Shown here: positions 19,068-28,872 of the stretch, in pieces | Numbering within the stretch: the first letter of the stretch is position 1 | Layout: each line of letters begins with the position of its first letter | Assembly: GCA_019828565.1 (NCBI GenBank) | Contig: JAHDYR010000015.1 | Coordinates: forward strand, 842,986-906,985 | Reading direction: 5' to 3' | Source: Carpediemonas membranifera BICM | Taxonomy: Eukaryota > Protista > Fornicata | DNA: 64,000 nt | Program-made: the position numbers and the translations under genes | Notes under the pieces: generated by a model | The model's database searches: none | What the model saw: the letters and a program-made list of their open reading frames with translations, nothing else | What the model was told of the DNA's origin: nothing

Positions 19068-20093
19068 TTGCCTTCATTTTACCACTCACACAGCTTCATG
19101 ATGCTTCACACTAGTTCACTAGCCACAGTAGAGAACATTCCTGCCCGTGTACAGATGCACAAGGCTGTTATCACGATTATCGACGAAGAAGTGGATGACT
19201 TGTCAGAGCAAATCCAAGAAACGCTCGCCGACATCCGCTATACTATCGTCACTCAGTGCGTACTTGCACAATGTGAGAACGGCGACCATGCTGCCGCCCT
19301 CACCACCGCAGAACAGGCCGGGGAGCCAAGGCCTGGTCGCCCCCATGACTCCCTCCGCCTGGCAGTTTACAAGGCCGCTGCAGCCCTGCAATGCAATGAT
19401 AAGCGGCTTGTCAAGTATGTAGAGGACGCGGTGCCTGCTGTGTCGTCTGGGGCAGACCCAAGAGCGATGCCCGACCTCGCATTCGTTGACAAACTTTTCG
19501 TCGTGACTCAGGCGGCTTCTCAGGCTCTAGAGTCTGCAGAAAAGTTTGTCTCATCTGCCACAGACTTCTTGCGCTTCGGAAAGACCCGGGGCGCCGTCTC
19601 TGAGCGGATCCGCCATTGTTTCCCCATATTCCGACACGCCACCGCCTTCGCCGCAGTGCTCGCCGTTCTGTCACCCCAATCCCTGCTCCAGTCCCGAGTA
19701 CTAGCCAACCCCACTGAATTCCACGGCCCCATCGCCTCTGTTGTCTCAGAATTCACCGGCAGATCAATCATGCCTTCCACCATCCCCACTACCGTCACTG
19801 AAGTGTGGCCGGCCCTGGATCAGCACCACGACCTCCCTGCCCTCTTCCACGAGTCCGTTGCTGAGAGAAACATTGTTGCAATGAGCAAAGTTTTCAAGAC
19901 TGTGGGAGTTGAAGCCATGGCCTCGGCCCTGGGACTTGGCAGGGATACTCTTGTGGCTAGGTTGAGTAAGATGGTGAGAGACGGTCGACTTGAGGTGCGT
20001 ATAGACTTGGGTTGCGGAGTCGTTCGATTTATTAGAGTGACTCACGAAGACTGGGTGAAGCGGGTGAGGGTCGGGTTGACTGGCATGATGTGA
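19068..20093 (+). CDS. PCI-domain protein (CSN4/Rpn5-like); upstream exon(s) likely from about 18976
   Basis: C-terminal ERNIVAMSKVF...LSKMVRDGRLEVRID...VVRF winged-helix PCI pattern. Confidence 0.7.
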   Translation: MPSFYHSHSFMMLHTSSLATVENIPARVQMHKAVITIIDEEVDDLSEQIQETLADIRYTIVTQCVLAQCENGDHAAALTTAEQAGEPRPGRPHDSLRLAVYKAAAALQCNDKRLVKYVEDAVPAVSSGADPRAMPDLAFVDKLFVVTQAASQALESAEKFVSSATDFLRFGKTRGAVSERIRHCFPIFRHATAFAAVLAVLSPQSLLQSRVLANPTEFHGPIASVVSEFTGRSIMPSTIPTTVTEVWPALDQHHDLPALFHESVAERNIVAMSKVFKTVGVEAMASALGLGRDTLVARLSKMVRDGRLEVRIDLGCGVVRFIRVTHEDWVKRVRVGLTGMM

Positions 20094-20146
20094 GCAGATA
20101 TACGTGTTATGTAAAGCTCTACCGGAAATTTACAGCGAATTGCTGG

Positions 20147-20988
20147 TCAATTCTCAGCGACTTTTTGAACCAGCACCAGACCCGCCCTGACGGCTGGAAT
20201 GCTGAACTTCAGCTTGTCCTGGTCCACCGTCCGCACGAGCACGTAGTCCTGCGCCACGGTCACAATCTGGCCAGGGTAAGAGACGGGGTTTGTGTAAGGC
20301 CCGCCGACCGTCTCCCGGAGCTGGGTGACGATGATGCTGTCGCCCCTGGAGAACCTCTGGCCGCAGATCATGAGGTCCAGGCCCCTCTTGTCCGAGGTGA
20401 TATATACAAGCTTCTCGATGGCGTCAAGATCGGGCTCACCACTTCGAATAGCCTTGAGGTCCTCGCGGATCTCCGTCTGGGGAAAGGGATCGATGCTCAC
20501 CCATTCCTTGTAGGACTTGGTAGTTGAGCGGGTGGACCTGCGCCGTGGCGCCTCTTCCTCTGCGGTGGCCTTGATGGGCACTTCAGGCAGAGCCTTCCTG
20601 AAACTGTACTTATGGAGTTCATCCGCATACGCACGACGACTTTCGTTGATTTGCTGGAGAACTACGTTCTTCACCTGGTTTCTGGAAGTGTCGTAGTCCT
20701 TATCGATGGCCTTCCGCTCGGTCTGATACTGTCTCATGAGATTTTCAGTGTCAAGCTTTTGAGAAAGATCGAGAACTGCCATTTCACGGTCGTACTCGTT
20801 AGTAGCATCGTCAATCATGTTGATGAGTTGCTCTGCTGAATGCTGTGTAACAAGATCGTTTGGCGACATACGTTCATGATGGCTTCCACTTGCTCTGTGA
20901 TCGCTTTGCTGTACTTCTCGAACAGCTTTCTCTGAAGCTCAGCAATCTGCTTCTGCTTTTCTTCATCGTTGCTCGTCGATTCGACCAT
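20147..20988 (-). CDS. Sds3/BRMS1-like protein; 29-nt intron 20843-20871
   Basis: Phase-0 GTATGT..ACACAG intron joins two open exons; coiled coil, EIREDLKAI motif, C-terminal beta domain. Confidence 0.6.
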
Positions 20989-21314
20989 TCTTATCTACCA
21001 TCGTTGATGGAGTCAATTTCAGCCATATCTCGATCAAATCACGAAATCGCCGAAGTCGCAGATGAGGGTCAACAGCCACTACTTGCATCCTGCCAGTGTC
21101 ATTGTGGGCATACACTTTCATGACCTTCGTTCGGTGACGTTGCCGACCTGCAAAGAATTTTGCCAACTGAAATGTAGTTAGCAAGACTTGGTGGAACATG
21201 TGTGCGAATACCGCATGTTGGCCACGTGAGCAGCGACTGACATGGATTCTGGCAGAGTTCGTTCCATGAAAAACTTTAACACAGTCTAACTAGCACTATA
21301 TCTACCACCTCTAC

Positions 21315-21791
21315 TCACCCCTCGACCCATCGCGGCCTGATTCCGCCCGTGGTGACGGCGCGCATGCACAAAGCCTCCACTTTCGTCCGGATGTCGTCAA
21401 GAACCTCATCGCTCACACGTGCATGGGACCTCTCCTCCTCGAGAAGGCGGGAGAGCCTGTCGATCTGATCTTGGGTCGGGAGGTTGTCTGCTGTCTCTTG
21501 GAGGACGGCCAGGGTCTTGCTTTCTTTCTCGATGGCATCGGTGAGAAGTTTCACTAAATCCTTTAGCCCGCTGGTATGTTGAGCCAAGGAGGCCAGAAGA
21601 GGACTACTGAAGTCTGAAGAAACCTGCACAGCTGATGAATATTCGTCAGTACTGGTCTGAGCGGCCTCCGAGAGAAGCTTCTTGGCGCCAGAGAAGGCGG
21701 GCTCCCGATGTACGGGCTGAATCACATGCTTAGTTTGTAGATAATTCTTGTAGTCCACTGCAACGCCCTGGTGGAACTCGTTTAGCGACAT
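21315..21791 (-). CDS. Small hypothetical coiled-coil protein
   Basis: ORF fills the gene slot, divergent from the neighbouring gene. Confidence 0.6.
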   Translation of the reverse strand: MSLNEFHQGVAVDYKNYLQTKHVIQPVHREPAFSGAKKLLSEAAQTSTDEYSSAVQVSSDFSSPLLASLAQHTSGLKDLVKLLTDAIEKESKTLAVLQETADNLPTQDQIDRLSRLLEEERSHARVSDEVLDDIRTKVEALCMRAVTTGGIRPRWVEG

Positions 21792-21971
21792 AAAGCGTTG
21801 GCTCAAGATATTGTCAGATTTGACCCTGAAATGAAAACCGACGAAATTTCGGCCTACGCTGCTCTATATGCCTCATGTATGCTTGTATCCTCACTAATGC
21901 AAAATTTCTGCCCTAATCATTTGATTTGTTGTGAACTTCGGATTTGTTCTTCTGGGCTCTTGGCTGGAGAA

Positions 21972-23537
21972 ATGACAGTAGAGCGTGTCCGAGAGCTTCA
22001 ATCAGAACTACACAAGGTATCTCGCGATTACCATTTCACCCAAAAGAGTCTTGAGCGGAGCCAGGAGCTTCGCCAAGGCCTGGAGGCCGAAGTCAACGAG
22101 CAGGTGCGTGATCACACCCCCAGTACACTAACACAGAAGACTTACATTCGCAAGATGGAGCAGAAGCTCTCCCGCGAGGCCCAGCTGAGCGGTCTCAACA
22201 AGGCGACCAACAAGCTTCTCAAGCTCCAAGAGCAACAGCAGCAGGACCGGCATGTCATCCGGGCCCAGGACGAGGAGATCACGCGGCTCCAGAGGGAGCT
22301 GCAGATCGTGAACGACGCCCTCTGCACCCGTGAGGAAGACCTTGGACTTGACCCAGTTGAGACTGTGGAGGACAGCCTGCTTTACATGTTATCTCAGAAC
22401 AAGGTCGACTACGATAACGCCATGGTGCAGCTTAAGCACGCTGAGGATGACCTTCGTGTGCAAAAGGAGAGGGTTGAGCGTCTCGAGGCTGACCTGAACG
22501 CCGCCGAGACGGAAAACCAAGAACTACAGGCTGAGGTGGAGGAGAGCAGAGGAGCCTTAGACGCTGAGAAGCGCCGCAGTGCCCAGTACGCCTCCAAGCT
22601 TAGTGCCATGGAGCACGACCTCGACGCGCTTGAGCAAGAGAACGCTTCTCTTTCCGACGCCACCCGCGACTTGCAAACGACTCTGGAACGTAATGAACGT
22701 GATGTGGCCGACGTTCAATACGACGCCAACTCCCAGAAGGTGCTCTACGACGAGCTGCTCCAGAGATTCGACTCCAAGGCCCAGGAACTGCGAGACTTGC
22801 ATGAGAAGTACGAGACTCTTCAGGCTGAGCACATTGCCGACCTAGAGACGGCAGCGAGCGAGAGAGAAGCGCTCGAGTCCATCATTGATCAACTCCAGCG
22901 GGAAGTGGACCATACCCGCGAGGACAGTGAGACGTATAGAAGCAGGGTCGAGGACGCTAGACTCAACGCTACACGCACTATGACCGAGAGCGACGACCTC
23001 AGACGCGAGCTGGCCGAGCAGAAGGCGAATGAGACCAGGTTGGAAAGAGAGCTTGATGACATGATGCATAAGGCTGCTGAGTTGCAGGATAGCCTCGAGA
23101 AGGAGCGGGCAGGTAACGAGGAGCAGGCTCGGCGGCACAGGAGGCTTGCTGAGACAGCGGAAGAGGCCACCAAGAAACTGGCGCTGCTTGAAACGCAGGT
23201 TAACGAGCTGAGAGACGAGAAGGACGCCCTGAGGACGGCCAAGAGCCAGCTCCAGCAGACCCTGCTTCGGGAGATCAGGGCACTCCGCACCCCTGCCCGC
23301 ACTCCGCCCTCGGCTGTGACCCGGCCCAGCTCTAAGGGCTCGCCTGACAGGGCCTCTGCTGTCTCTTCTTCAGTCGGACCGGCTCGAGCCATGCCCGACT
23401 CGGCGACTAGGGCTATGAACTTGGAGACACTGAGGGCGATGGCTAGTAGAAGCAGGTCGGCCGCCCTGCAGAGTCCGGAGCCCGATCAAATCGTAGAATT
23501 TGATGGGGGTGAGACTCTTGAGGACCTGGCTCATTGA
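21972..23537 (+). CDS. Long coiled-coil protein; probable in-frame 33-nt intron near 22104
   Basis: Heptad-rich E/L/Q/R sequence; GTGCGT..CTAACACAG intron signature. Confidence 0.75.
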   Translation: MTVERVRELQSELHKVSRDYHFTQKSLERSQELRQGLEAEVNEQVRDHTPSTLTQKTYIRKMEQKLSREAQLSGLNKATNKLLKLQEQQQQDRHVIRAQDEEITRLQRELQIVNDALCTREEDLGLDPVETVEDSLLYMLSQNKVDYDNAMVQLKHAEDDLRVQKERVERLEADLNAAETENQELQAEVEESRGALDAEKRRSAQYASKLSAMEHDLDALEQENASLSDATRDLQTTLERNERDVADVQYDANSQKVLYDELLQRFDSKAQELRDLHEKYETLQAEHIADLETAASEREALESIIDQLQREVDHTREDSETYRSRVEDARLNATRTMTESDDLRRELAEQKANETRLERELDDMMHKAAELQDSLEKERAGNEEQARRHRRLAETAEEATKKLALLETQVNELRDEKDALRTAKSQLQQTLLREIRALRTPARTPPSAVTRPSSKGSPDRASAVSSSVGPARAMPDSATRAMNLETLRAMASRSRSAALQSPEPDQIVEFDGGETLEDLAH

Positions 23538-24425
23538 GCGGCTTGATGTAACGATAAAGAAACCATGAAGCTGGGGACCCTTGTATCAATACGAGGCTGC
23601 TTGCCTGGCAAGCGGAGGTGTGCGTGATGGAACCAGAAAACAACTGGCAAGACGGCACTTCCGTGCATCGTTTGGACGGAGCGCTGAGGATAGAACCACC
23701 GAGTGTGTAGAAATAGCAGCTCTGAAGTCAGACATGATCTATGCATATGTGCAGTTTATGCGCGTCACCAAAAAAGACAGAATGGGAGCGGGATTGTCCA
23801 TACCCCCGGCCAATGGAATGCCTCTATCCTCAAAGGATCCTGAACCTGTTGCTGATGATGGAAGTGAATTTGTTGCTCTCCCGTCGAACAGAGAACGGAG
23901 CACATATAGCACCTGCTAGAGAGAATAAAGCATCAGAAGTGCGTGCAATGTTACAGCAGGACTCAATGCCGTGTGATCTTCGCGCATATTCGAAAAGATC
24001 TGTGAGATGCAATTCGTGGTAGATTCAGTATGGGATCACAGAAATACGGCAACGCTCAAGCATTGAGGCCAATGCCATTCTTGGCGTGTCGGTTCATGGA
24101 GATTAGCTCACTGTGCCAGTCGTCAGATGCTTGCGTCAGACGGTGGCGTCAAAGTCAACCGTGAGACTCCCGAGTCTTGGTCAACTGATGATCCTTCTGG
24201 CCGCTCATGGGATGTCATTGGCCCAGCTACATCCAAGTGCGTGACTCAGTCTAGAGGTCATTCGTGGATCAGCCAGTTGCGGGGATAACTGGGGCGACAG
24301 GGATGAGGATGCCATGCCGCTGGCTGATATTTGGCTATTGGTGAGTAGTCCTTGTGGTAGTTGACAACCATGTCGGCTGGTTCCCTCTGACAGAAGCGAT
24401 TTGCCTTATCCTGCGTACTGACAGC

Positions 24426-25374
24426 ATGCCGGACAAGGATTACGAGATCGAACGCGTCATTGGGCAAGGTTTGTGGACGCCCACGTTTCATATTGCTTAC
24501 ATATGCTCATTTGCTGTTGTATTCGAAGTATCTCGTTCATACAAGGGAGATAGAAAGAAATTTGCTGTTTGTCCCTCCAATCGGAATTATACTGCTAAAA
24601 CGCCTCCGAAAACACGACAATATCGTAAGTAGGGAGTGTCTTATTCATTCAAGACTGAAACACCCATGCATTCCCGCATTTCACGGAACCCTCTTCACTC
24701 GGGACGTCAATGGCGCTCTCTACCTCAATCTTATCATGGAGAGCGTCCCACAGACGATCAAACCACTGCTCCAAACGCCTGTTACCGGCATCCGTCTCCT
24801 CATCATCTCCTACCAGCTCTTTTCAGCCCTCGCCCACCTTCATTGCCAAGGAACCGTCCACCGGGACGTCAAGCCCGACAACATCCTCTTCAACAAGGAC
24901 ACCAACGCCGTCTATCTCACAGACTTTGGCCATGCCACACATGCGGGCCGAGCTTCACCGGTCCAGCTCATCCCAAGATATCGCGCCCCAGAGTTGCTGG
25001 CAGGGTCGACCCGGTACACCGCTGCAGCAGACATCTGGGCAGTCGGGGTCCTTCTTGTCGAGCTTTGTCGGGGTGGGTATCTCTTCCCAGACTGCCCCGA
25101 CCCAGCTCTTCAGCTGCTAAACGTCGCCGCCCTATTCGCGCCTAGTGGGAAGCTGGTAGTCAATGACACTGTGATTCCATGCTTGCCGGCTATAGCAATT
25201 GAAGACCTCATTCCAGACTGTCCCGTTGCTCTCGCCAGAATTCTCGGACGTTGCCTGAAGTGGCATGAGAGAAGCAGGCCGACTGCTGCTGAGATCATCA
25301 AAATGCCGTCCTGGAAGGGGCTGAAGGCCATGGCCCTGGCTCAAGCCATGCCCTGCCCCAGATGGGTACCATAG
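24426..25374 (+). CDS. Ser/Thr protein kinase (CMGC/GSK3-like); two inferred introns 24469-24504 and 24567-24594
   Basis: HRDVKPDN, DFG, YRAPE, DIWAVG. Spliced N-lobe reads IGQGSFAVVF...FALKR...SRE. Confidence 0.8.
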
Positions 25375-25486
25375 CCGGGTTGACCCGGCCTGCCTGCCGT
25401 CAGGCAACCATCGCTCGTAATAAATCGATCCGCGTTTACATAATCCATCTCTAATCTGCAGTTAATCATATAAATCGGTTGTCCGC

Positions 25487-27325
25487 TCAAAGGAAGTCAT
25501 CCATCGCCGTCGGAAGGAGATATTCGTATCTGTTTTCAGACAAGTAACCACCCCGCCGGAGAGAGTTGTCAGGCTTTCCGGCAAGGTACAGCTGGTCCTC
25601 GAATCTAAAGATCGAGAATTCGTCGTGGAAGTCGACGCTATCGACGCTGATGGGAACCTCGGTAAACGTCGTAATATCACCAGTCCGTCCGATGCCGAGC
25701 TGGCCGTTGTAGTTGCGGCCCGCAATGACCATCCTCTTGCCGTCCATGAGAGCCGTGGCGCAGTTGCCGAACTGCACCCTGTCTGGAGAGAAGCCGGTTG
25801 GGAGCTGAAGCCTGACGAACGAAGCGGCTGCCCGAACATCACCCATGCCGAGCATGCCGTAGTCGTTACCACCAGAGGCGACCGTGCCCGCGGGTGTGAC
25901 GAGAACTGTGCGGCCGTGCGTCATAAACAGTGCGGTGACGAGCTCGTCCTTGTGCCACATGGGCAGGCTAGCCTCGTATTTGGCTACAAACGGGCAGGCG
26001 GCGAAGGTGAGGCGGGCGGGCAGGGTCCCGAACCTCTGGGAGCCCATGCCCAGACCGCACTTGATCCCCCAGCCGTAGAGACCGCGAGGGGTGACGGCGA
26101 TCGTGTGGTGCTTACTGACGTAAATCTCGACCACAGGCGGGACGTGAACGCGGCGGTACTGGGGCAGGTAGATCTGCCGGGCGTCGTCGACGGCAACACC
26201 GGTCTGCTTGTTCTCGTTGGCTCCTCGGGCAAAGACGCGGCCAGCGTAGTGGCGGGTGAACGTCTTCTTGCCGTAGAGCTCGGCAATATGGCAGACACCG
26301 TCCTTGTCAGCCTGGCGGAAGCTGAAGAAGAACTTGCGGCAGAGGAACCAGAGGCACTTGGCCTCGGGTTCATAGTCCTTGTGAGATTCGATGAAGAGAA
26401 CGGGGTCCGCGCCAGCCTGGAGCAGGATGGCCCAGATCGTGCCCTGGAGAAGCGTGTAGAGGCGATCGGGGAGCTCCTCGCCTTCGAGTAGGGGGATGTT
26501 CATGCTAAGGCGGGGGCCGCTGGTGAGAATGCGGCGGGCGTGCTTGATCATGACCGCAGCGCGGTGGTTAGTCACTGTGAGGGTCGCTACAGCGTCGCAG
26601 AGGCCTTCGATCGAGTCGTTGAAGGCGGCAGGGGAGGAGGCGTCGTCGGCCGGAACGGGACCGCCGAACTGGTGGCGGTACGCGTGCTTGAGGAGCGAGG
26701 GGAGGTCGCCAGACACTGTCTGTGTGTGCTTGACTGCCAGGTGATACGCGGTGGCGAGTGCACGGCGCGTGCTTTCGAGGTTGACTTCGGCAGCCATCGT
26801 CTCGATCGTGTCGAGCAGACCACGAGGTTCTTCTTGCATATCCTCGTCCTCCGGGCTGAGCTCGAGCGTGACAGTGGCCTGAGCAGGGCTGTCGGACGTC
26901 GTAGGGTCGAGGCTGATGTCGCCTTGCACCGGTGAGGCTTGGGCGGACGAATTCTCGTCAAGGTCGAGGCCAAGGATCTCTCTGGCGGGCGAGGGGACAT
27001 ACTCGCTGGCTGTAGAGGACTCAACAGGGGAGTATGCGCTGAATTCCTCGAAGATGGCTTCTTCTAGGTTGCTTGAAAGCATGGTCAGGGAAGCACATAC
27101 GTCGCTGAGGATGCTGCGAGCGCTAGGCTTCGTGAAATGGATGGTCCGAAGCGCATTCTTAAGTTGCTCCAGTTGTTTGTCGGCGTTCTTCGCCACTTCT
27201 TGGACTTCTGTCCAAGTCTGAACGTTGTTCTGTTTTTGCGGACGGTCCAACGTGTTCGTTGTTGTCCCTTCAGTGAACGTAGGGCGAATGCGGTGCGAAT
27301 AGGAGAGCATTTCCTCTTTCTGCAT
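25487..27325 (-). CDS. RCC1/BLIP-II-like beta-propeller family protein
   Basis: GLYGWG, GNDYGMLGMG, GRNYNGQLGIG; family motif KCLWFLCRKFFF shared with two other copies in the window. Confidence 0.75.
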   Translation of the reverse strand: MQKEEMLSYSHRIRPTFTEGTTTNTLDRPQKQNNVQTWTEVQEVAKNADKQLEQLKNALRTIHFTKPSARSILSDVCASLTMLSSNLEEAIFEEFSAYSPVESSTASEYVPSPAREILGLDLDENSSAQASPVQGDISLDPTTSDSPAQATVTLELSPEDEDMQEEPRGLLDTIETMAAEVNLESTRRALATAYHLAVKHTQTVSGDLPSLLKHAYRHQFGGPVPADDASSPAAFNDSIEGLCDAVATLTVTNHRAAVMIKHARRILTSGPRLSMNIPLLEGEELPDRLYTLLQGTIWAILLQAGADPVLFIESHKDYEPEAKCLWFLCRKFFFSFRQADKDGVCHIAELYGKKTFTRHYAGRVFARGANENKQTGVAVDDARQIYLPQYRRVHVPPVVEIYVSKHHTIAVTPRGLYGWGIKCGLGMGSQRFGTLPARLTFAACPFVAKYEASLPMWHKDELVTALFMTHGRTVLVTPAGTVASGGNDYGMLGMGDVRAAASFVRLQLPTGFSPDRVQFGNCATALMDGKRMVIAGRNYNGQLGIGRTGDITTFTEVPISVDSVDFHDEFSIFRFEDQLYLAGKPDNSLRRGGYLSENRYEYLLPTAMDDFL

Positions 27326-27914
27326 CCGCTTCGATTCGAATGGTATGATCGTAGAAGCGTATAGGTCACCGCGAGTCTGAATTCGTGTAAGTGCCAATCG
27401 GTCGGCTGACGAAAGAGGGGTCTAGCCGACTCTATAGGGTATGGGTAGACCCTATGACCTTCTTCTATTTTTCCGATCAATCGCGATCGCAAAAAATCAA
27501 ACAGGAGCCAATGGAACTGCTGGCGCTCTAGGCGCGATCAAAGATGCCACAGCGCTCCCCCAGGGGCTGTGGGTTGGGTGTAAAATTGTTGTTGATGATC
27601 AAGCACAGATTCAGGTCGGATCGTTCGATTCGGATCTTGTCTCCCAATATAGAACGATATAGAATGGAGCACAGGGAGGAGAAGAGAAGGGATTAGATAC
27701 CGCCTGAGACACTCGAGGGGGGTGCTCGCGAGATCCCGAGTAGATCTGACTGAATCAATATCATGACTTGAGAATCTTGAGAGCAGCAGCGCAGGAATGA
27801 AATCAGAGGCAAATGACGCTGATTGGACACATCACTGAGGCCTCCAACGCCGTAGACAACGCAAGCCTTGAGTGATCGCGGGCCTTCATCATCAGATGAC
27901 ACGAAAGTGAATTG

Positions 27915-28655
27915 ATGGACGAAGGAAAGCAGGAGGCACGCGCCCGCAGCCCCAAGGCGCAAACAGAGCAAGAAAAGCTAGATTCGATGACTCCAGCTGA
28001 GCGTAGGCGCTATAGGATTCAGCAGCGCGGCAAAGAACGGATGGCACGGCTAACGAACACAGATCCTGCGGGACTACCCAACGACGACGATGAGACGGAA
28101 GAAGCTGCTCGTATTGAGAAGGAAACAATGGAAGCTATCGATAAGATTGCCAAGAACGCCGCCAAAATCGACTTGAGCACATTCACAGCCCTTCCAACGC
28201 TGCCCAAGGCAACGAAGACGACCATCTCTACTCCAGCAACTCCCACATCATCCACTGCGCCTGCCTGCCGCGCTAGGTCATGCAAGTGCAAGTACCTCTC
28301 CTTCACTGCCTCGTGTGCCCGTGCAACTTGGATGTCCGGCCTTCTCGTGCTGTTTATCGTACTGCAGTCAGCATTGGCAGACATCAACAACGGCCGCCCA
28401 GTGATATTAGGCTCTCTTATGGCGCCTCTCCTCTCTCTCTCTCTCGTACAGCAATACGTCATCATGGAGGGTTGGGCCATGTTCAGCAAGGCCTTTGGAT
28501 GGCTCACTACGATGCGGGTCGACCAAGCACCGACCCCCGTGCGTCTGCTGGGTGTGCTGTTTAACGGCATGGTGTTGAGAGCCTGTCTTTTCGTGTGGAT
28601 GCATATCATGGCCACTGCTGTAGCCAGGCCGGTGCTCGCCATACTACTGTCGTAG
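27915..28655 (+). CDS. Get2/CAML-like ER membrane protein
   Basis: Basic N-terminal ERRRYRIQQRGKERMARLT motif, disordered linker, three C-terminal TM segments. Confidence 0.5.
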   Translation: MDEGKQEARARSPKAQTEQEKLDSMTPAERRRYRIQQRGKERMARLTNTDPAGLPNDDDETEEAARIEKETMEAIDKIAKNAAKIDLSTFTALPTLPKATKTTISTPATPTSSTAPACRARSCKCKYLSFTASCARATWMSGLLVLFIVLQSALADINNGRPVILGSLMAPLLSLSLVQQYVIMEGWAMFSKAFGWLTTMRVDQAPTPVRLLGVLFNGMVLRACLFVWMHIMATAVARPVLAILLS

Positions 28656-28872
28656 GGCCTTGAAGGCTGTGTAAACAACAACAACAGTAACGCCCAGCTA
28701 CTCGGCTTTGACTGGAAGATGTATTCAAGGAAGGCGGGGATAGAGCGGAGAAAAGACCGAGGCCAGCTATATGTATGTATCCATGTCCATTTGTCACTCT
28801 ATCGCTGTGGTCGCGCGCTATCAGTTCGATTCCCGCAGAGTCGCCGCGAGTCGGCCACTGAGGCCATTTGCA

